A stretch of DNA of 64,000 bases, from contig NC_043006.1 in assembly GCF_006345805.1 (NCBI RefSeq), positions 92,008,001-92,072,000 on the forward strand, read 5' to 3'. This document shows positions 27,098 to 41,340 of this stretch, one piece after another. The DNA comes from Octopus sinensis. Lineage: Eukaryota. Under the pieces are notes generated by a model. It made no database searches. It was not told where the DNA came from and worked only from the letters and a program-made list of their open reading frames with translations. The translations under genes were made by a program, and so were the position numbers. Each line of letters begins with the position of its first letter. Position 1 is the first letter of the stretch.

Positions 27098-27462
27098 TAT
27101 TTCTCTTCTCGTCACCTTGAAACTAGTACTTATTCTATCGGTCTCTTTTACCGAACTGCGAAGTTACGGGGACGTAAACATACCAACATCGGTTGTCAAG
27201 CGATGTTGGACACACACACACACACACACACAAACATATATACACTTACACACACACATACACACACACACACACACACATATATATACATATATATTCG
27301 ACGGGCTTCTTTCAGTTTCCCGCTACCAAATCCACTCACAAGGTTTTGGTCGGCCCGATGCTATAGCAGAAGACACTTTCCCAAGTTGCCACGCAGTGGG
27401 ACTGAACCCGGAACCATGTTGTTTGTAAGCAAGCTACTTCCCACCCAGCCACTCCTGTGCCT
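27098..27462 (-). mobile_element. Composite SINE family B (tRNA head, CORE-like segment, microsatellite, tail)
   Basis: Minus strand ggcacaggagtggctgggtggg...gggttcagtcccactgcgtggcaacttgggaaagtg...ggatttggtagcgggaaactgaaagaagcccgtcg. Confidence 0.85.
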
Positions 27463-27729
27463 ATGTTTAATAAATATATTCCTGTTATGTTGCCATGGTA
27501 AACAATTTATGACATGGAATTATAAGTCATATTCAAAGTTGTTGTTCAATTATTTTAAATGCGATTTAAACAAAAATAAATCCCCTGTAAGATATCATTT
27601 ATCACAGTTCTGTAATGTGCTATCTACCATATTAGAACTTCCACCACGACCTTCCCACAGCACGATTAATCCTCGAACTATAATCAGCACAGTACTCTGT
27701 ACTTTTACATTGTTCTATGTTATCTGCGT

Positions 27730-27900
27730 CATTTCGTCCGTTTTTACGTTCTCAGTTAAAATTCTGCTGAGTTCGACTTTGCCTTTCATCCTTTCGAGTC
27801 AATAAAATAATACCAGTTGTGCACTGGGGGTTAATGTAGACGACTAGCCTCCTCCCTTCCAAAATTTTGAAACCATAATGTGTAGAAGTTTGCAATACAA
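27730..27900 (+). mobile_element. SINE family A, 5'-truncated
   Basis: gactttgcctttcatcctttcg core. Confidence 0.75.
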
Positions 27901-28064
27901 AGAAGCTGATTCTATAAATAATGAGTCTCCCTAATAAACCAAACAACAAAACTCGTGTAACAATTGTAGTTCACCAGTCTCACAAATATCTTATTTTCTC
28001 ACAAACCAGTCATCTGAACGAATCGAACAAACTTATAAAGAAGCGACGAAAGATTTCGGTGCGA

Positions 28065-28278
28065 AAGCGGCGAGCTGGCAGAAACGTTAGCACGCCGGGC
28101 GAAAGGCTTAGCAGTATTTAGTCTGTCTTTACGTTCTGAGTTCACATTCCACCGAGGTCGACTTTGCCTTTCACCCCTTCGGGGTCGATATATCAAGTAT
28201 CAGTTGCATTCTGATGTAGATCTAATCGACTGGTTTCCTCCCCCAAATTTTCCGCCTTTGTGCCTAGAGTAGAAAAAT
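28065..28278 (+). mobile_element. tRNA-derived SINE family A
   Basis: gcggcgagctggcagaaacgttagcacgccgggcgaaa head plus core. Confidence 0.9.
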
Positions 28279-28599
28279 CTACGGCGGTGGACCGCTAGAA
28301 ATATCAAATCGTCTGGCGGGCAATATATCTTGTGAAGTTTGCTCCGTCCTTTGCGCTTTGAGTGGCTAACTTGCATGATACTTAACTAGTCATTCGGCTT
28401 AACTATACAACCAAAACCTCAAGTGAATTTGTTAGAACTAAATCTGATGCAACTGTTCGGAGTTCGGACCTGTTTCATCCTTCAACGGCGGACATCATCA
28501 GTTCTTGTTTCGTTAGTGAAGTGCTATCGTTATCAATTGATGGATGGGGATATTTTACGGCATATTTTCATAATAAGATTGTAAATTTTATTGTGCGGG

Positions 28600-28950
28600 A
28601 GACTAACAGTTATAGATTTTCAACTTATTTAAATTGAAAATAAGTATACAAATTACCCATTTTGCCTGTTTGATACATACATCTAACTCTTTCCCACATT
28701 TTTAGGATTAAGAATACCTTTCTCTTTTCTTCCACCAGAATCAAAGATCCTGTAAAGACTCTTCGGTACTGCTGTTCCTCCTTCCTTAAGAAATTCATAA
28801 CAAATGTCCTTGATATGCAATGCTTGAAAGGAAGACCGTCTAATCATCTTTGGAGCAATTATAATGATAGACCATATCAGAGAGAACAGCAAAGACAGCT
28901 AACATAAATTGATTTCTCTAGACTTAAACCAATTCCTGTCATCTAACGAA
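28600..28950 (-). mobile_element. LINE RT N-terminal fragment
   Basis: DICYEFLKEGGTAVPKSLYRIF resembles the LINE motif DGIxxExLKxGG...LxxLF. Confidence 0.45.
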
Positions 28951-30246
28951 CACATGGAAAAGATATCTAAATATTGTAATTTAAACTGTGAACAATTTAT
29001 GGTCATCTCCTAATGTCACTGTCTAAATTTTGGGGTTAAGTTTGGCGCACAAAACCACAAACGATGTAATATTCAATAAATACTGAGTGTTCAAAATTAA
29101 TTCATTTCCAGCGAGGTGGAAATACTCACTTCAAAGACCTGTATCATCATCGTAGCAATTTTTACCTGGTTCCCTAACGACATTAAGTTAATCATTAGAC
29201 ACTACATTGAAATATTGATTACCCCCATAGACACAATACTCAAATTTGAAGGTGGCCATACTTGATTATATCAACTCAGTACCTGAGAGGTATTTATTTT
29301 AATGACTACGAGCAGATGAAAGGCCAAATCTCACCAGAACGAGATTTGAAATCAGAACGTAAAGTGTCGCAACTAAAGGATGAGTGCGATAATAAAATAG
29401 TTAGAAATATCAAATAAATCTATATATCTTTCTTATATGTAATATTGCATTAGAGAAAACTCCTAATTACTTCACTGCTTATGAAAATTAGCGCCTGCGC
29501 AAGTTAAAATAACTTGTATAAACACACAAACAACACCATTAATAGATATACAATTGCAAATAAGGTAACATGTGGTCAAGACATGTATAATCGAATTTCG
29601 AGCTTCTTTGTAGGACATGAATTTTATTGAACAAAGTCGCTTTGAAGCACGTTGTTGTGGTAATCGTTAAAAGAATTCTCTCATATGTTTGAGCAATATA
29701 TTTTATATTGCTTTTTCTGTGAACGATTGGTTAAGAACAGTCTTTCAATTAGCAGGTTTAATTACGTCACCATATGGCTGGAATACACATAATGTCTATT
29801 GATAAACGATATTCTGCTACGTGGGATATATTTAATGGCAATTGTAAAAATAAAAAAAAGAATCCTGCAGAATTCCTTGAAATTCGTGAAGTCAAATAAT
29901 TATGCACATCCTTTTTATAGTGATGCTCTTGTAAGTATATCAATATATGCAATCGAAATATCGTCAATCGTCCGTATCACTACTTATAAAATTCTTCTTA
30001 AATGACATGTATTGCACACTCTCTTGTATACCAATCATCTCTATGAAATAATGAAACAGAAAGTTAAGACAGAACGTTTGTTCGATCTGGGTTCATCTGT
30101 AAATAAACAATTAAACTTACTTCGAACCTGCCGGGCACAACCCACGTGATACGACAAAATCTGCTAAAAATATCAGGCAACATTCTCACATCACAATCTA
30201 TCATCGTCAGTAAGAACAGAACACTGAACAACCCATTCTTTATATG

Positions 30247-30300
<54 letters not shown>

Positions 30301-31576
30301 GTATATTTGCCACCTAAATGTGGCTAACCACTAAGGGTGGATGCTACTGTAGCTTGTAGCCCCAGGAGATCATCTTCTCTAGCTGGCTTTAGACACTCTT
30401 TCAGAGCCCCTATCAGTATTTGCAAAGAGAAGCCATCCTTCCCATCGTCGACCTGACGTAATACGCACTGACCCGGGTTTCTGAGTATTAACCGTCGTCA
30501 GCGCACGACAATCACCGGTCTTCGATGCGAAGGGATCCCAATGCAAATACATATTTCCTTTTCCCAGTGACGGAAAGTCACTGATCTTGAAAAAGTATAT
30601 TCAAACGTTAGACAGAGCAGGGGAAAATAGACGAAAACTGAGTGAAAGCATAACGGACAGAATAGGGACACGAAAAGATGATACAAGGAACATTTGCATT
30701 TGATTTTCTCATCGGTTGGTTTACGAGACGTCTTAGTGGTTTCACGCTATTTAATACCAATATCCTTGTAATCTAACGAGAGCGACAGACATAAAGCTAT
30801 AGGAAAACGCTGACGAATATGTGAGAGGATTAGGACAGAATAACATTATATCGTTGCGTGTACAATAAGAAATAATGACGTGATATAAGAAGAACTTGGG
30901 AAATCTCTCTACACAACGCTGTGTTTAAGAACAGCTAAATGTCACAGACCAGGCAAGGCAACTCGCCTCGGAATAAAAACCGAGGAGTAGATAATGATAT
31001 TTCACCGATATTGTGGCTCGTCAATACCACACACTCGGATCATTTGGAAACGAATCGAATTCACGGTCTATGATTTATATGCAAATAGAGTGATATTTAT
31101 TTGCATAGAAATTCACCTTGTCACCGTTTCTTAACTTACGCAGAATACGGATATATTTGAATGTTTCTAAAGTTAGTGGTGGGGTAAAAGTGGATGGGAA
31201 GTATGTTGGCGTAATCAGCGTACATATAGTGAAAGTAAAGTTGTAGGTTCGATTCCCACACATGGTAATGTAATTTTCCTTTTCGTCGTGGTCTTATAAG
31301 CCCCAATATTAGGCTATTTTTCCATACTTATAAGTATATTTACTAGGTGTGTGTGTGTAAGTATGATTTCAATAAGGAAGGAACCGACCGGAGTATAATG
31401 TTTAATATAGGATCTATTCTAGTTTATGTTCGATAGTTATTGAATGTTTGAAGCAGAAACCAAAGTTGAAACAAAATCTGAAATAAATATTTATAGAAGT
31501 AATACAGAACAAATAGTCATCGATTAAACACACATACACAGATGTATGCATGTATACGAGTGTATATATATATATA

Positions 31577-31958
31577 TACTCTTTTACTTCTTTCAGTCAT
31601 ATGACTGTGGCCATACTGGAGCAGTGCCAAATCGACCTCAGGACTTATTCTTTGTAAGCCTAGTACTTATTCTATCGGTCTCTTTTGCCGAACTGCTAAG
31701 TTGCGGGGACGTAAACACACCAGCTTCGGTTGTCAAGCGATGTTGGGGGGACAAACACAGACACACAAACACATACACACACATACATATATACGACGAG
31801 CTTCTTTCAGTTTCCGTCTACCAAATCCACTCACAGGGCTTTGGTCGGCCCGAGGCTATAGTAGAAGAAAGTTGCCCAAGGTGGCCCGCAGTGGGACTGA
31901 TGCCGGAACCATGTGGTTGGTAAGCAAGCTACTTACCACACAGCCATTCCTACGCCTA
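31577..31958 (-). mobile_element. Composite SINE family B, near full length
   Basis: Colinear with 27098-27462; the near-identical ORFs 27078-27428 and 31546-31923 reflect this. Confidence 0.9.
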
Positions 31959-32247
31959 TAATAATATCATAATAATTCAAGCATACATACCAAGCAAGTC
32001 AATTTTTGCCTGCTGCTGATGTATTTCTGAAATTTTTAGCACTACCCGTAATCTAGAGCTGCTTCCCGAGGTGAACTTAGAAGGATTTCAATAGTATGAT
32101 ATGGTCTAAGTATGGTATACACATTACTAAATTCAACTAATAGTGATTTCGTCGCTAAGGAGGAATTCATATACGTATGCACTTATGCATGTGTGATGTA
32201 TGTGTGTGTATACATACAACGACACACACACACATACACACACACAC

Positions 32248-32281
<34 letters not shown>

Positions 32282-33499
32282 CAACTGAAAGAACTAATGT
32301 TGGAAAAAACCAGAGCAAAACAATAACGTTCCTTTAATTGCAGTTATCTCTTAAAACAGCGGAATATCTTACATAATTTTAATTCAGATTTCGCTTAATT
32401 AACTCAGAACCATTTGCAAGTTTCTCTCTAGCATGACATAAATAAGAAATTTAGACTTTTAAATCATCAATTTTAGAAATATTTATTGGATATTTGTATA
32501 TGATATATAAGAATTTGCAATAAATATTTTAATTTACCATGGAATACATCTGTGCCATAAATTACCATTCTTTTCTTTTTCGCCAAGTGCCGGCCACCTT
32601 ACAATGTAAACTATTGGTAACAGAGATTCTTACTGAAGCAATATGGCGGCTGATTTAAGGGGAGAGACATTTCTCATTAGCGATAGAAACGAAAGGAAAT
32701 ACACGCAAAAGAAAAGAAAATCGTGTCCCTGCAGTGTTCAACAATAGATTTATTGACTTACTGGTCATAAATCGAAAAAGAGGAGAGTTTCACGTACAGA
32801 ATAAGAAATAAATAGGATATGCGATAGATTTAACTATTTTATTTCAATAATATATCTTCCCTGCAGAAACACTAAAATCTGATCGATAGATATGCGAAGA
32901 AAGCTGTGAGATCACGGGATCTACAAAGCTGAACCACATCCGATTAATCAAGAACATAAATCAAAATTGGATGATGAAATGTTCACAGTGTGTCAGAGCG
33001 GGAATGCCGCAGGCCTTGGTAAAAATCAGAAACTCTAACGTTTGCCTCATTTTGGAAGTGTTTCTTTTCTTTGTTTTATTGTCTACGCATTTATGAAATA
33101 CAGATGACAATAGAGATTGCATTGAGATATGGTATTGCCTTCCTTTTCTGCAATGCAGTATGGTTTATTGACAAAGTGCACACAGACTAGTGTGGTAAGT
33201 GTAACGTTGGAGGGTTTGTGCAAGCGCTGCTGTGAGGTTCAGGGTTCATTCCCTTGCAAATTGCCTTTAGGTTTAATAGCACTGAAAAACAAAGTGGGAA
33301 AATTATAAAATTATCTTCTAGGAGAGGCGCAAGCGTGGATGTGAGGTAGGAGGTTTATTCCCAACTACAGGGTTCCGGTCTCAGTCTCACTCTGTTTTGA
33401 TTTATAATCTAATCTGGGACATTTTCAAAAAAAATCTAATTAGAAATAGTTGTATTATTATAAAGGAACATACTAGTCAATGGCTTATATTATTTTAAT

Positions 33500-33895
33500 T
33501 ATTCGTCTGACTTTACGTTCTGGGTTCCAATTCCGCCGACGTCGACTTTGGCATTCATACCTTCGGGGTCGATAAATTAAGTACCAGTTGCGAACTTTGG
33601 TCGATCTAATCGACTACCCCCTCCCCCCAAATTTCGGTCCTTGTACCGAACATTTAAATGCAGCTAGCTGGCAGAATCGTTAGCACGCCGGGTGAAACCT
33701 TTTGCGGTATTTCATCTGCCGTTACGTTCTGAGTTCAAATTCCACCGAGGTTTACTTTGCCTTTCATCCTTTCGGTGTCGATTAAATAAGTACGCACTGG
33801 GGTCGATGTAATCGACTTAATCCATTTGTCTGTCCTTGTTTGTCCCCTCAATGTTTAGCCGCCGTGTGCAATAAAGAAATAAATATTATTTTAAT
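33500..33895 (+). mobile_element. Two tandem SINE family A copies (about 33500-33645 and 33661-33895)
   Basis: Core present twice, with different 3' ends. Confidence 0.85.
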
Positions 33896-34009
33896 TATTT
33901 CGGCAAGGCAGAGAAAGAACTTTTTCTACATATGCAAAAACACAAAATTTAACCTTCAGAAAACAAGGATCACTGGAAGAAAGAATTGCGTATGTTCTCG
34001 AATACATGT

Positions 34010-34027
34010 ACATATACACACACACAC

Positions 34028-34069
<42 letters not shown>

Positions 34070-34120
34070 TACAGACACAAACACACATACACACACACAC
34101 ACAACACACACGCGCGCACA

Positions 34121-34171
<51 letters not shown>

Positions 34172-34215
34172 GCACACACACACACACACACACGCACACA
34201 CACACACATATATAT
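34010..34215 (+). repeat. Long imperfect (CA)n microsatellite
   Basis: Directly visible. Confidence 0.95.
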
Positions 34216-34652
34216 ATTGCGTTTCAGTAATCTGTATTATATGCATTTTAATTCCTACTGTAAAGTGTAAATATTTCATGCTATCAGGAATTTCAATTTA
34301 AAATATAATTATTTCTTCTGATTTCCAGTTAAGGACTTTTGATACTTGCTGATATCGCAACGTCATTACTGTGAGATTTCTGATTCCTTGATAAAAACTA
34401 AGTCAAATATTAAGAAAACAACTTGTGTTAACGTTGGAGAATTTATTGAATATGTCTATTTACCAGATAAATGTGATCGGTAATTACTTGTCACGGATGT
34501 CATTTGTAAGTGGAAGTAGATGAAAGCACTTATTGCAACGGAATTGTCAGGAGTTCTAGAAATAGACTGGTAACACCTCCAATAATGTATCTTTACGTAT
34601 GTGTGTGTGTGTGTGTGTGTGTGTGTACACACATACATACACACACACACAC

Positions 34653-34741
<89 letters not shown>

Positions 34742-35349
34742 TATACGCATATATGTAAGTATACGTATGTATCCATTTCTGAAGGCATGCACACGTAATA
34801 TACACACATGCATACAGATATAATAAAAGTAGACTTCGTTCAATTTTGATGTTTTTATTAAAGAATTTTCCATATTTTCTCATTAGTTAGGTTTCAGTAT
34901 AACATGTTTGAAAGAAGAAGTCTTTCCAATTTAGGCACCCCGCTGCACACACATGCATAGATACACATACAAACATACATACACACATACATACATAAGA
35001 ATGAGGAAAGTCAGTCCCTCAAATCCAAAACCTGTGCATCAGCGGTCTCTCTGTCTCACCCATTCCACACAAAGAATGTTGCAAGTACCTAGGCATAAAT
35101 GAAAATGTTTCATATGAAATCACTGTGAGTAAAGATAGAGTGACCCGAGAATATTACACCAGACTTAGGAAAATATACAACAAAACAATATCCTACAAAG
35201 CATTTATAGTAGCAGTGCCAACATTTGGGATACTTGAAATATGCAAGACTTTTCTCAAGTTTAAAATGTGATGGAGCCTTGTATCTTTGTTGGAAACCGG
35301 CTTCTGCCTCGGTAGAAGATTTATAATAACTAAAAAATAGAAGAGACTA

Positions 35350-35541
35350 CATACACACACGCAAACATAGATACATACATACATACACAAATACGCACGC
35401 ACACACACACATACACGCATATATACATATATACACATACATACTTACATACATACATACGTACATACACACATACATGCATACATGCAGGCATACATAC
35501 ATACATACATACATACATACATACATACATACATACATACA

Positions 35542-35572
<31 letters not shown>
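35350..35572 (+). repeat. (TACA)n/(CA)n microsatellite
   Basis: Directly visible. Confidence 0.95.
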
Positions 35573-35573
<1 letters not shown>

Positions 35574-36586
35574 GTGGTAGTGGTTACTGTATATTTCAAT
35601 AGCTGGCTGATGATATTAGTTCAAACATAAGTAGGTATATGCGGGATGGAGTGATTTTTGAAATGGAAGATTTTAAACATACATGCATACATACATGCAT
35701 ACATATATACATATATACATACGTGCACAAATACGCCCACACACATACACACATCAAATGGATGTTTTATAAAACTATTCCGAATATCAGCCATGCCAAC
35801 AGTTCAACATACCTCCATCATCAGCTGCCCCACGGATATCACTATGGTTTCGACACCGGGGCAGTACCGTTCAATCTGGTAGTGTCAACAGCACTAAAAT
35901 AAGTGTTGCTTGGGAACAAACATATCTTTGAGATGGCCACATTCATTCAATCTTAATTCTAGTAAGGATTAAACGCTAACATTATTAATTAAACCTCAAC
36001 AAAGAAACACATTTACCCTAAGTGCAAAACAGTATCGGTAAATAATTTCAGTAAGTAAATCTCTAACTCCTAAATTATCTAGCGACCAAGCCCTTGAAGT
36101 CCATACAGATAATATTACCAACAGTCTTCCATAGTTATTTATATAAAAGCGAAAGCTTTTATATTCTATTCTTTCAAAGCACAACAAACTCAGTTGAACT
36201 TAGCTAATAATATAACTAATTCTGACTGAATTACACTATTTCATAATCCAAAAGTTAATAATTAAAACACTACATACGTATTGAATATTCGTTATCATTA
36301 CATGCTTTAATGTTGAACTTATACCAGTAATGTAATAGATAATACTAAAATATCCTTATAAATAGAAACTAATAAAAGAATACCAGTAATTAACAGTTAT
36401 AAGAAACTTGTTATGATTAAAGCTAAATATATAACTGTTTAAAGATAATATAAAATATAAAGGATTACAACTTACATGTTATATGGAAACACGAGGTTTC
36501 AGTCAACTATTCTCAACAATATGTATGTATGTATGTATGTATATGTATGTATGCGTATGTACATATGAATATATAATATATATATA

Positions 36587-36658
<72 letters not shown>

Positions 36659-36734
36659 ACATATATGTGTATATAAATGTGTGTATATATATATATATAT
36701 GTATGTATATATGTATATATATATATATATGCAT

Positions 36735-37085
36735 TCAAAATTCCTGCAAAGCTAGGACCACGGGCCATACGTTTCCTACCCAATTCAGAATCACAACACA
36801 TAAATACATTGTAACACAATTCCTTTTCTTCAACAGGCCTTGTCTTAATCAACATTGTCCCGAAACAGATGAAAGCGGAAGATGATCCCATTACCTTTGA
36901 AAACGGAATCTGGACAAATTTCTTCAAGGAATACCAGATACCTGGATACAAGTCACTCAACAAGAACTCCCTACTCGAATGGACCGTGATACCACAAAAC
37001 TTGACTTAAAAAGGAGTTAGCTAATCCTGTCAGGCGGCGTAATTAAGTTAGACATGGCCTGGACTAATCTTTGGTCGAAACATAC
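36735..37085 (+). mobile_element. CR1-type LINE 3' end
   Basis: [10 protein letters not shown]...[14 protein letters not shown] terminal motif, then a short 3' UTR with a ggcc...ggtc stem-loop and a microsatellite tail. Confidence 0.75.
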
Positions 37086-37179
37086 CTAAGCTATCCAAGT
37101 TATCTATGTTATATGTATATATGTGTGCATAATTCTATGTACATACATGTATACATATATGTATACATATATAACTTTG

Positions 37180-38260
37180 ATAGGTTTCGGCCAGTATAAG
37201 CCCAGGCCATGTCTAACTTAATAGCACCACCTGGTGAAGTCTTTTAGTCACATATGGAGCATCATGGCCCACTCTAGCAAAGAGTTACTATTGTTGAAGA
37301 CATATCCGGGTGTAAGTGGTTGGATCGGGATTTTTTGAAGAAATTTGTCCAGTGAACATTTGTATTTTATGAGAACCGTTTCCGTTTTGACGTATTTTGG
37401 TATTAAAGGGAGCTGGACCAGTTGAGGTAAAGTAATTGTGACGTAATGTTGCTATGTGGCCTGAGTTCGATTTTGTAGCGGGGGTATAGCATGGGGGCCA
37501 AGTTTTGAATGGATTTTAAAATTGATGCCAATATCATTTGTGCAATATTGATGGAATATTTTCCACATCACACAAATGATGGTGGCGTTGGAAAGAGTAG
37601 AGATTGAGTTTTCTTAGTCGACCCCAATAATCAATGCATCTCATGCCGTCTACCTTTCTTGTTATGGACCTCTGGTGTACTTCTACTTTCATAATGAGTT
37701 ACTTTGTGTGGAGAGACCACCACAGTGGGCAGCAGTATTCAAGGCGGGGTCGGTCAAAAAAAATAAAGAAATATGATGGCGTGGACATCTCTAGACCGGA
37801 AAGTCCTTAGAATCCAGGAGCATATCTTGCGGATCAAGTCAACTTTGCTGTTTACGTGGGTACTCCAGCTTAGATTGGTATTAACAGTTACTCCAAGGCA
37901 TCTGGTGTTGTTGGATGTCACTAGGGTGTCACCCGAGGTAAGGGCATATAATAGTTTCAGAGTAACCTCCTTCCCAAAGTGGATCAAATTAAACTTATCT
38001 TCATTTTGAAGCATATTGTTTTTTTTTCCGCCCAATGGACAACAGCAAACATATTCGACTGAAGGCATGTTCTGTCTTCCATACCGCTTATGGCTTTCTG
38101 GAGTTTAGAATCATCTGCAAACATTCTTTCTCCTCTTCATTATCTATATCGATAGATAATGAAGAGGAGTGGACCTAACACAGTACCTTGCGCAGAATCG
38201 CTAAATTACGAGAACGTAAATACACCAGGACCAGTTTTCAAGCGGCGGTAGTGGACAAAC
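37180..38260 (-). mobile_element. CR1-type LINE RT 3' fragment
   Basis: PQGTVLGPLLFIIYI, FADDSKL, LGVTVNTNLSWSTHV, RPRLEYCCPLW and LDKFLQKIP...NSLLEW. Same 3' UTR as 36735-37085, inverted. Confidence 0.85.
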
Positions 38261-38355
38261 ACGGGTACAAAAATACACCCAATCACTCAAACACACGCAT
38301 TCACACACACACTCACACACACTCACGCACACATACTCACGCACATATACATATG

Positions 38356-38504
38356 TACGGCGGGCTTCTTTCAACCTCCGTCTACCAAATCCACTCACAA
38401 TTTGGTCGGCCCGAAGCTATTGTAGAAGACATTTGCCCAGGGTGCCACGCAGAGGGACTGAACGCAAAACCATGTGGTTGGGGGCTAAATATCTTACAAC
38501 ACAG

Positions 38505-38510
<6 letters not shown>
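38356..38510 (-). mobile_element. SINE family B head, inserted upstream of the CR1 fragment
   Basis: gggcttctttcaacctccgtctaccaaatccactcacaa...ggtgccacgcagagggactgaac. Confidence 0.8.
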
Positions 38511-38548
<38 letters not shown>

Positions 38549-39204
38549 ATATATATATAAATTTATACATATACATATACGTATATTATATATATACATA
38601 CATATACAATATCGCACCAAGTGCTCATCATGTGAACAATTTTTTTCCATTAGATCTTTATATATGCTGTTGAACAGTCGAAATTATATCCCCAAAACAA
38701 AGCAGAATATTCCTCTGCAAGGTGCCCTTACAATTGGCGTTGAAGCATATGGAAGACGTTATGCACACATACAAATGTATGCACACACACACACATATAC
38801 ATGCATACATAGAGGAACTCACGTGATTATTTATTTTTAAATCTATAGGTGTGTGTATATATTCATATGTATATATATATATGTGTGTGTATGTGTGTGT
38901 GCACGAATGTATATACGTATATTTGCATGCGAATAAGTAAACAAAATTTGACAACATACGTTATATATGGGAAGAAAAAGAGAATGTACGCACACGTAGA
39001 GACAAATATATTGAGAAATGTATCTTTGTATGTGAGTTTGTGTATGTGTATGACAGATAAAGAGAGATAAAGGCACACACACAAACACACACATACACAA
39101 ACACACACACACACACACGGTTGTATTAGGTACACACTCGTATACATGTATACATAAAAGTTTGTAAGTATACGTTATCGTGCATGAATATTTATTGAAT
39201 GTAT

Positions 39205-39295
39205 GTGTGTGTGTGTATAATAAGAACCTGCGCGTGTGTGTGTATAATAAGAACCTGCGCGTGTGTATGTGTGTATAATAAGAACCTGCGTGTGT
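39205..39295 (+). repeat. Three tandem copies of gtgtgtataataagaacctgcg
   Basis: Directly visible; units separated by variable (GT)n. Confidence 0.9.
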
Positions 39296-39682
39296 GTGTG
39301 CGCGCGTGTTTATGCGTAAACTTTCGGTGTCAGTGCATGTCTCGGTATTAACCTTTCAGGGAATTATTCAGCGTGAAGTTATAAAACTTCTAAAATTTTA
39401 TAAATGTTTCAATTTACTACCAACAGGGAAGCCCACACGCGCATGCAGACATACACAGAGAGAGAGACACACACAAACACACACCCACCACTTACACATA
39501 CACACAAACCCCCAAACATATACACTTAAACATACATATACAGAAATTATTCACTGAATGGGCACATTTTAAAGTACAGTGAGGCAAATAAAGTATTGAT
39601 GTTTCTCTATAACTCTTTATAAATATGTATAATGCGCATGTATATATATATATACACTCACACATACATTATATATACATAT

Positions 39683-39718
<36 letters not shown>

Positions 39719-40140
39719 CACTCACACATACATTATATATACATATATATATATAAATATATATTATATATATATATATAATATATATATATATATATAA
39801 TATATATATATACAATATATGTATACAAATGCGTGCATGTATGTATGTATGTATGTATGTATGTATGTATGTATATATATGTATGTATGTATATATGCAA
39901 ATATGTATTTGTGGCTGTTCATACATCTATGCCGCTAAGTGCAAATGTGGAAACTGCTTTTTATGCGCATTTATTTCTCACAAATATTTTAAAAGTTTTG
40001 ATATTTTTTACGCCTAATTAATTATCTTGCTCATATATATTTGCAGTAAATCAGGCCCTACATCACTCTTACTTACCCTCATTCTATCTCCTGACACAAA
40101 CTCAGTCACTCTCACACACGAGCGCGAGCACGCTCGTATA

Positions 40141-40720
40141 TCTTTATATATATAAAACTGAGAATCTGTGTCTGTCTGTCTGTCTGTCTGTGTGTTTCCC
40201 TAAAACTTGAGAACTACACAACCAATTTCATTCAAATTTTACATATGCCTTACTTAGGGTCCGGGGAGTGTCATTTTTAACTTTTTGCCTAGGGCGAGCC
40301 CACAGCAATAACATGTCTTCTCCACTACGATTCCCTAAAACTTGAGAACTACACAACCAATTTCATTCAAATTTTACACACGCCTTACTTAAGGTCCATG
40401 TTGTTTCATGGGCAAAACAAGGTTCAACTTCTTGCCTTGAGCGAGCCCATAGCAATATTATATCTTCTCCACTATTTCAGTATTACGCGTTAAAAGTGAA
40501 ACAAACATATTTCTCTATTTTATGTCAGATGCTTTCACTTTAACAATAAAAATAATAATAACAATTGAATTATATGTAGTAAGTAGTAATTAAAATCAAA
40601 GTATAATATAAGTAAAAATAGCAATTGGTATAAAACGATTTGAACTTCAAACGATTTGAACTTCAATACGTGGTTTCACATGAATGGGAATTAAATTAAA
40701 AATAAAATTAGCTTGCAGAA
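40141..40720 (+). mobile_element. Helitron-associated non-autonomous element (HINE/DINE-like)
   Basis: A|TC start, tatatataaaact, a (TCTG)n tract, and two internal direct repeats (40196 and 40331, period 135). No 3' CTAG seen. Confidence 0.65.
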
Positions 40721-40869
40721 ATGGAATAGTCCAGATGGATAATAAAAAATTAAATTAAAGAAAAGACTATTGTCTATAAAGTATACAATGTAGAGAAAAA
40801 AGAAGAGCTAACAATTTCAGTCTGTTATATATTTTGAGTATTGTTATTACTAGCGATATCATGATATAA

Positions 40870-41294
40870 CTTTGTACTTTGCATTTTATGTGTAGGTGTA
40901 TATATATAGATGTACATGTAATATGTACACACATATATATACACATATATATATACACATATATACATGCACCAGCACTATGACCCGTCAACGACGAGTC
41001 TTTATTGCTAGTATATGTATATATATATATATATATGTATGTATATATATGGATGTATATATATGGATGTATATATATATATATATATATATATAATACA
41101 TATATATATACACACACATATATATATATATATATAATATATATATATATACACATATATATATATGTATATATATATATATACATATATACATATGTAT
41201 ATATATATATATATACACATATATATATATGTATATATATATATACATATATACATATGTATATATATATATATACATATATATACATACATGC

Positions 41295-41330
<36 letters not shown>

Positions 41331-41340
41331 TTATATATAG
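40870..41340. repeat. Very long degenerate (TA)n microsatellite
   Basis: Directly visible. Confidence 0.95.

Noticed and set aside
27080-27805. 241-aa ORF
   Set aside because: It runs through a family B SINE, microsatellites and a family A SINE; chance open frame.
30310-30545. GC-rich hairpin stretch as an HDV-like ribozyme or RTE 5' end
   Set aside because: I could not assemble the nested double pseudoknot by eye; needs an Infernal/RNArobo search.
37040-37225. Inverted repeat containing ggcc...ggccgaaac, hammerhead-like
   Set aside because: Explained as the 3' UTR stem-loops of two tail-to-tail CR1 copies; no CUGANGA-like core.
39205-39295. Short direct repeats with spacers, as a CRISPR-like array
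   Set aside because: The spacers are (GT)n microsatellite, the context is eukaryotic, and there are no cas genes.
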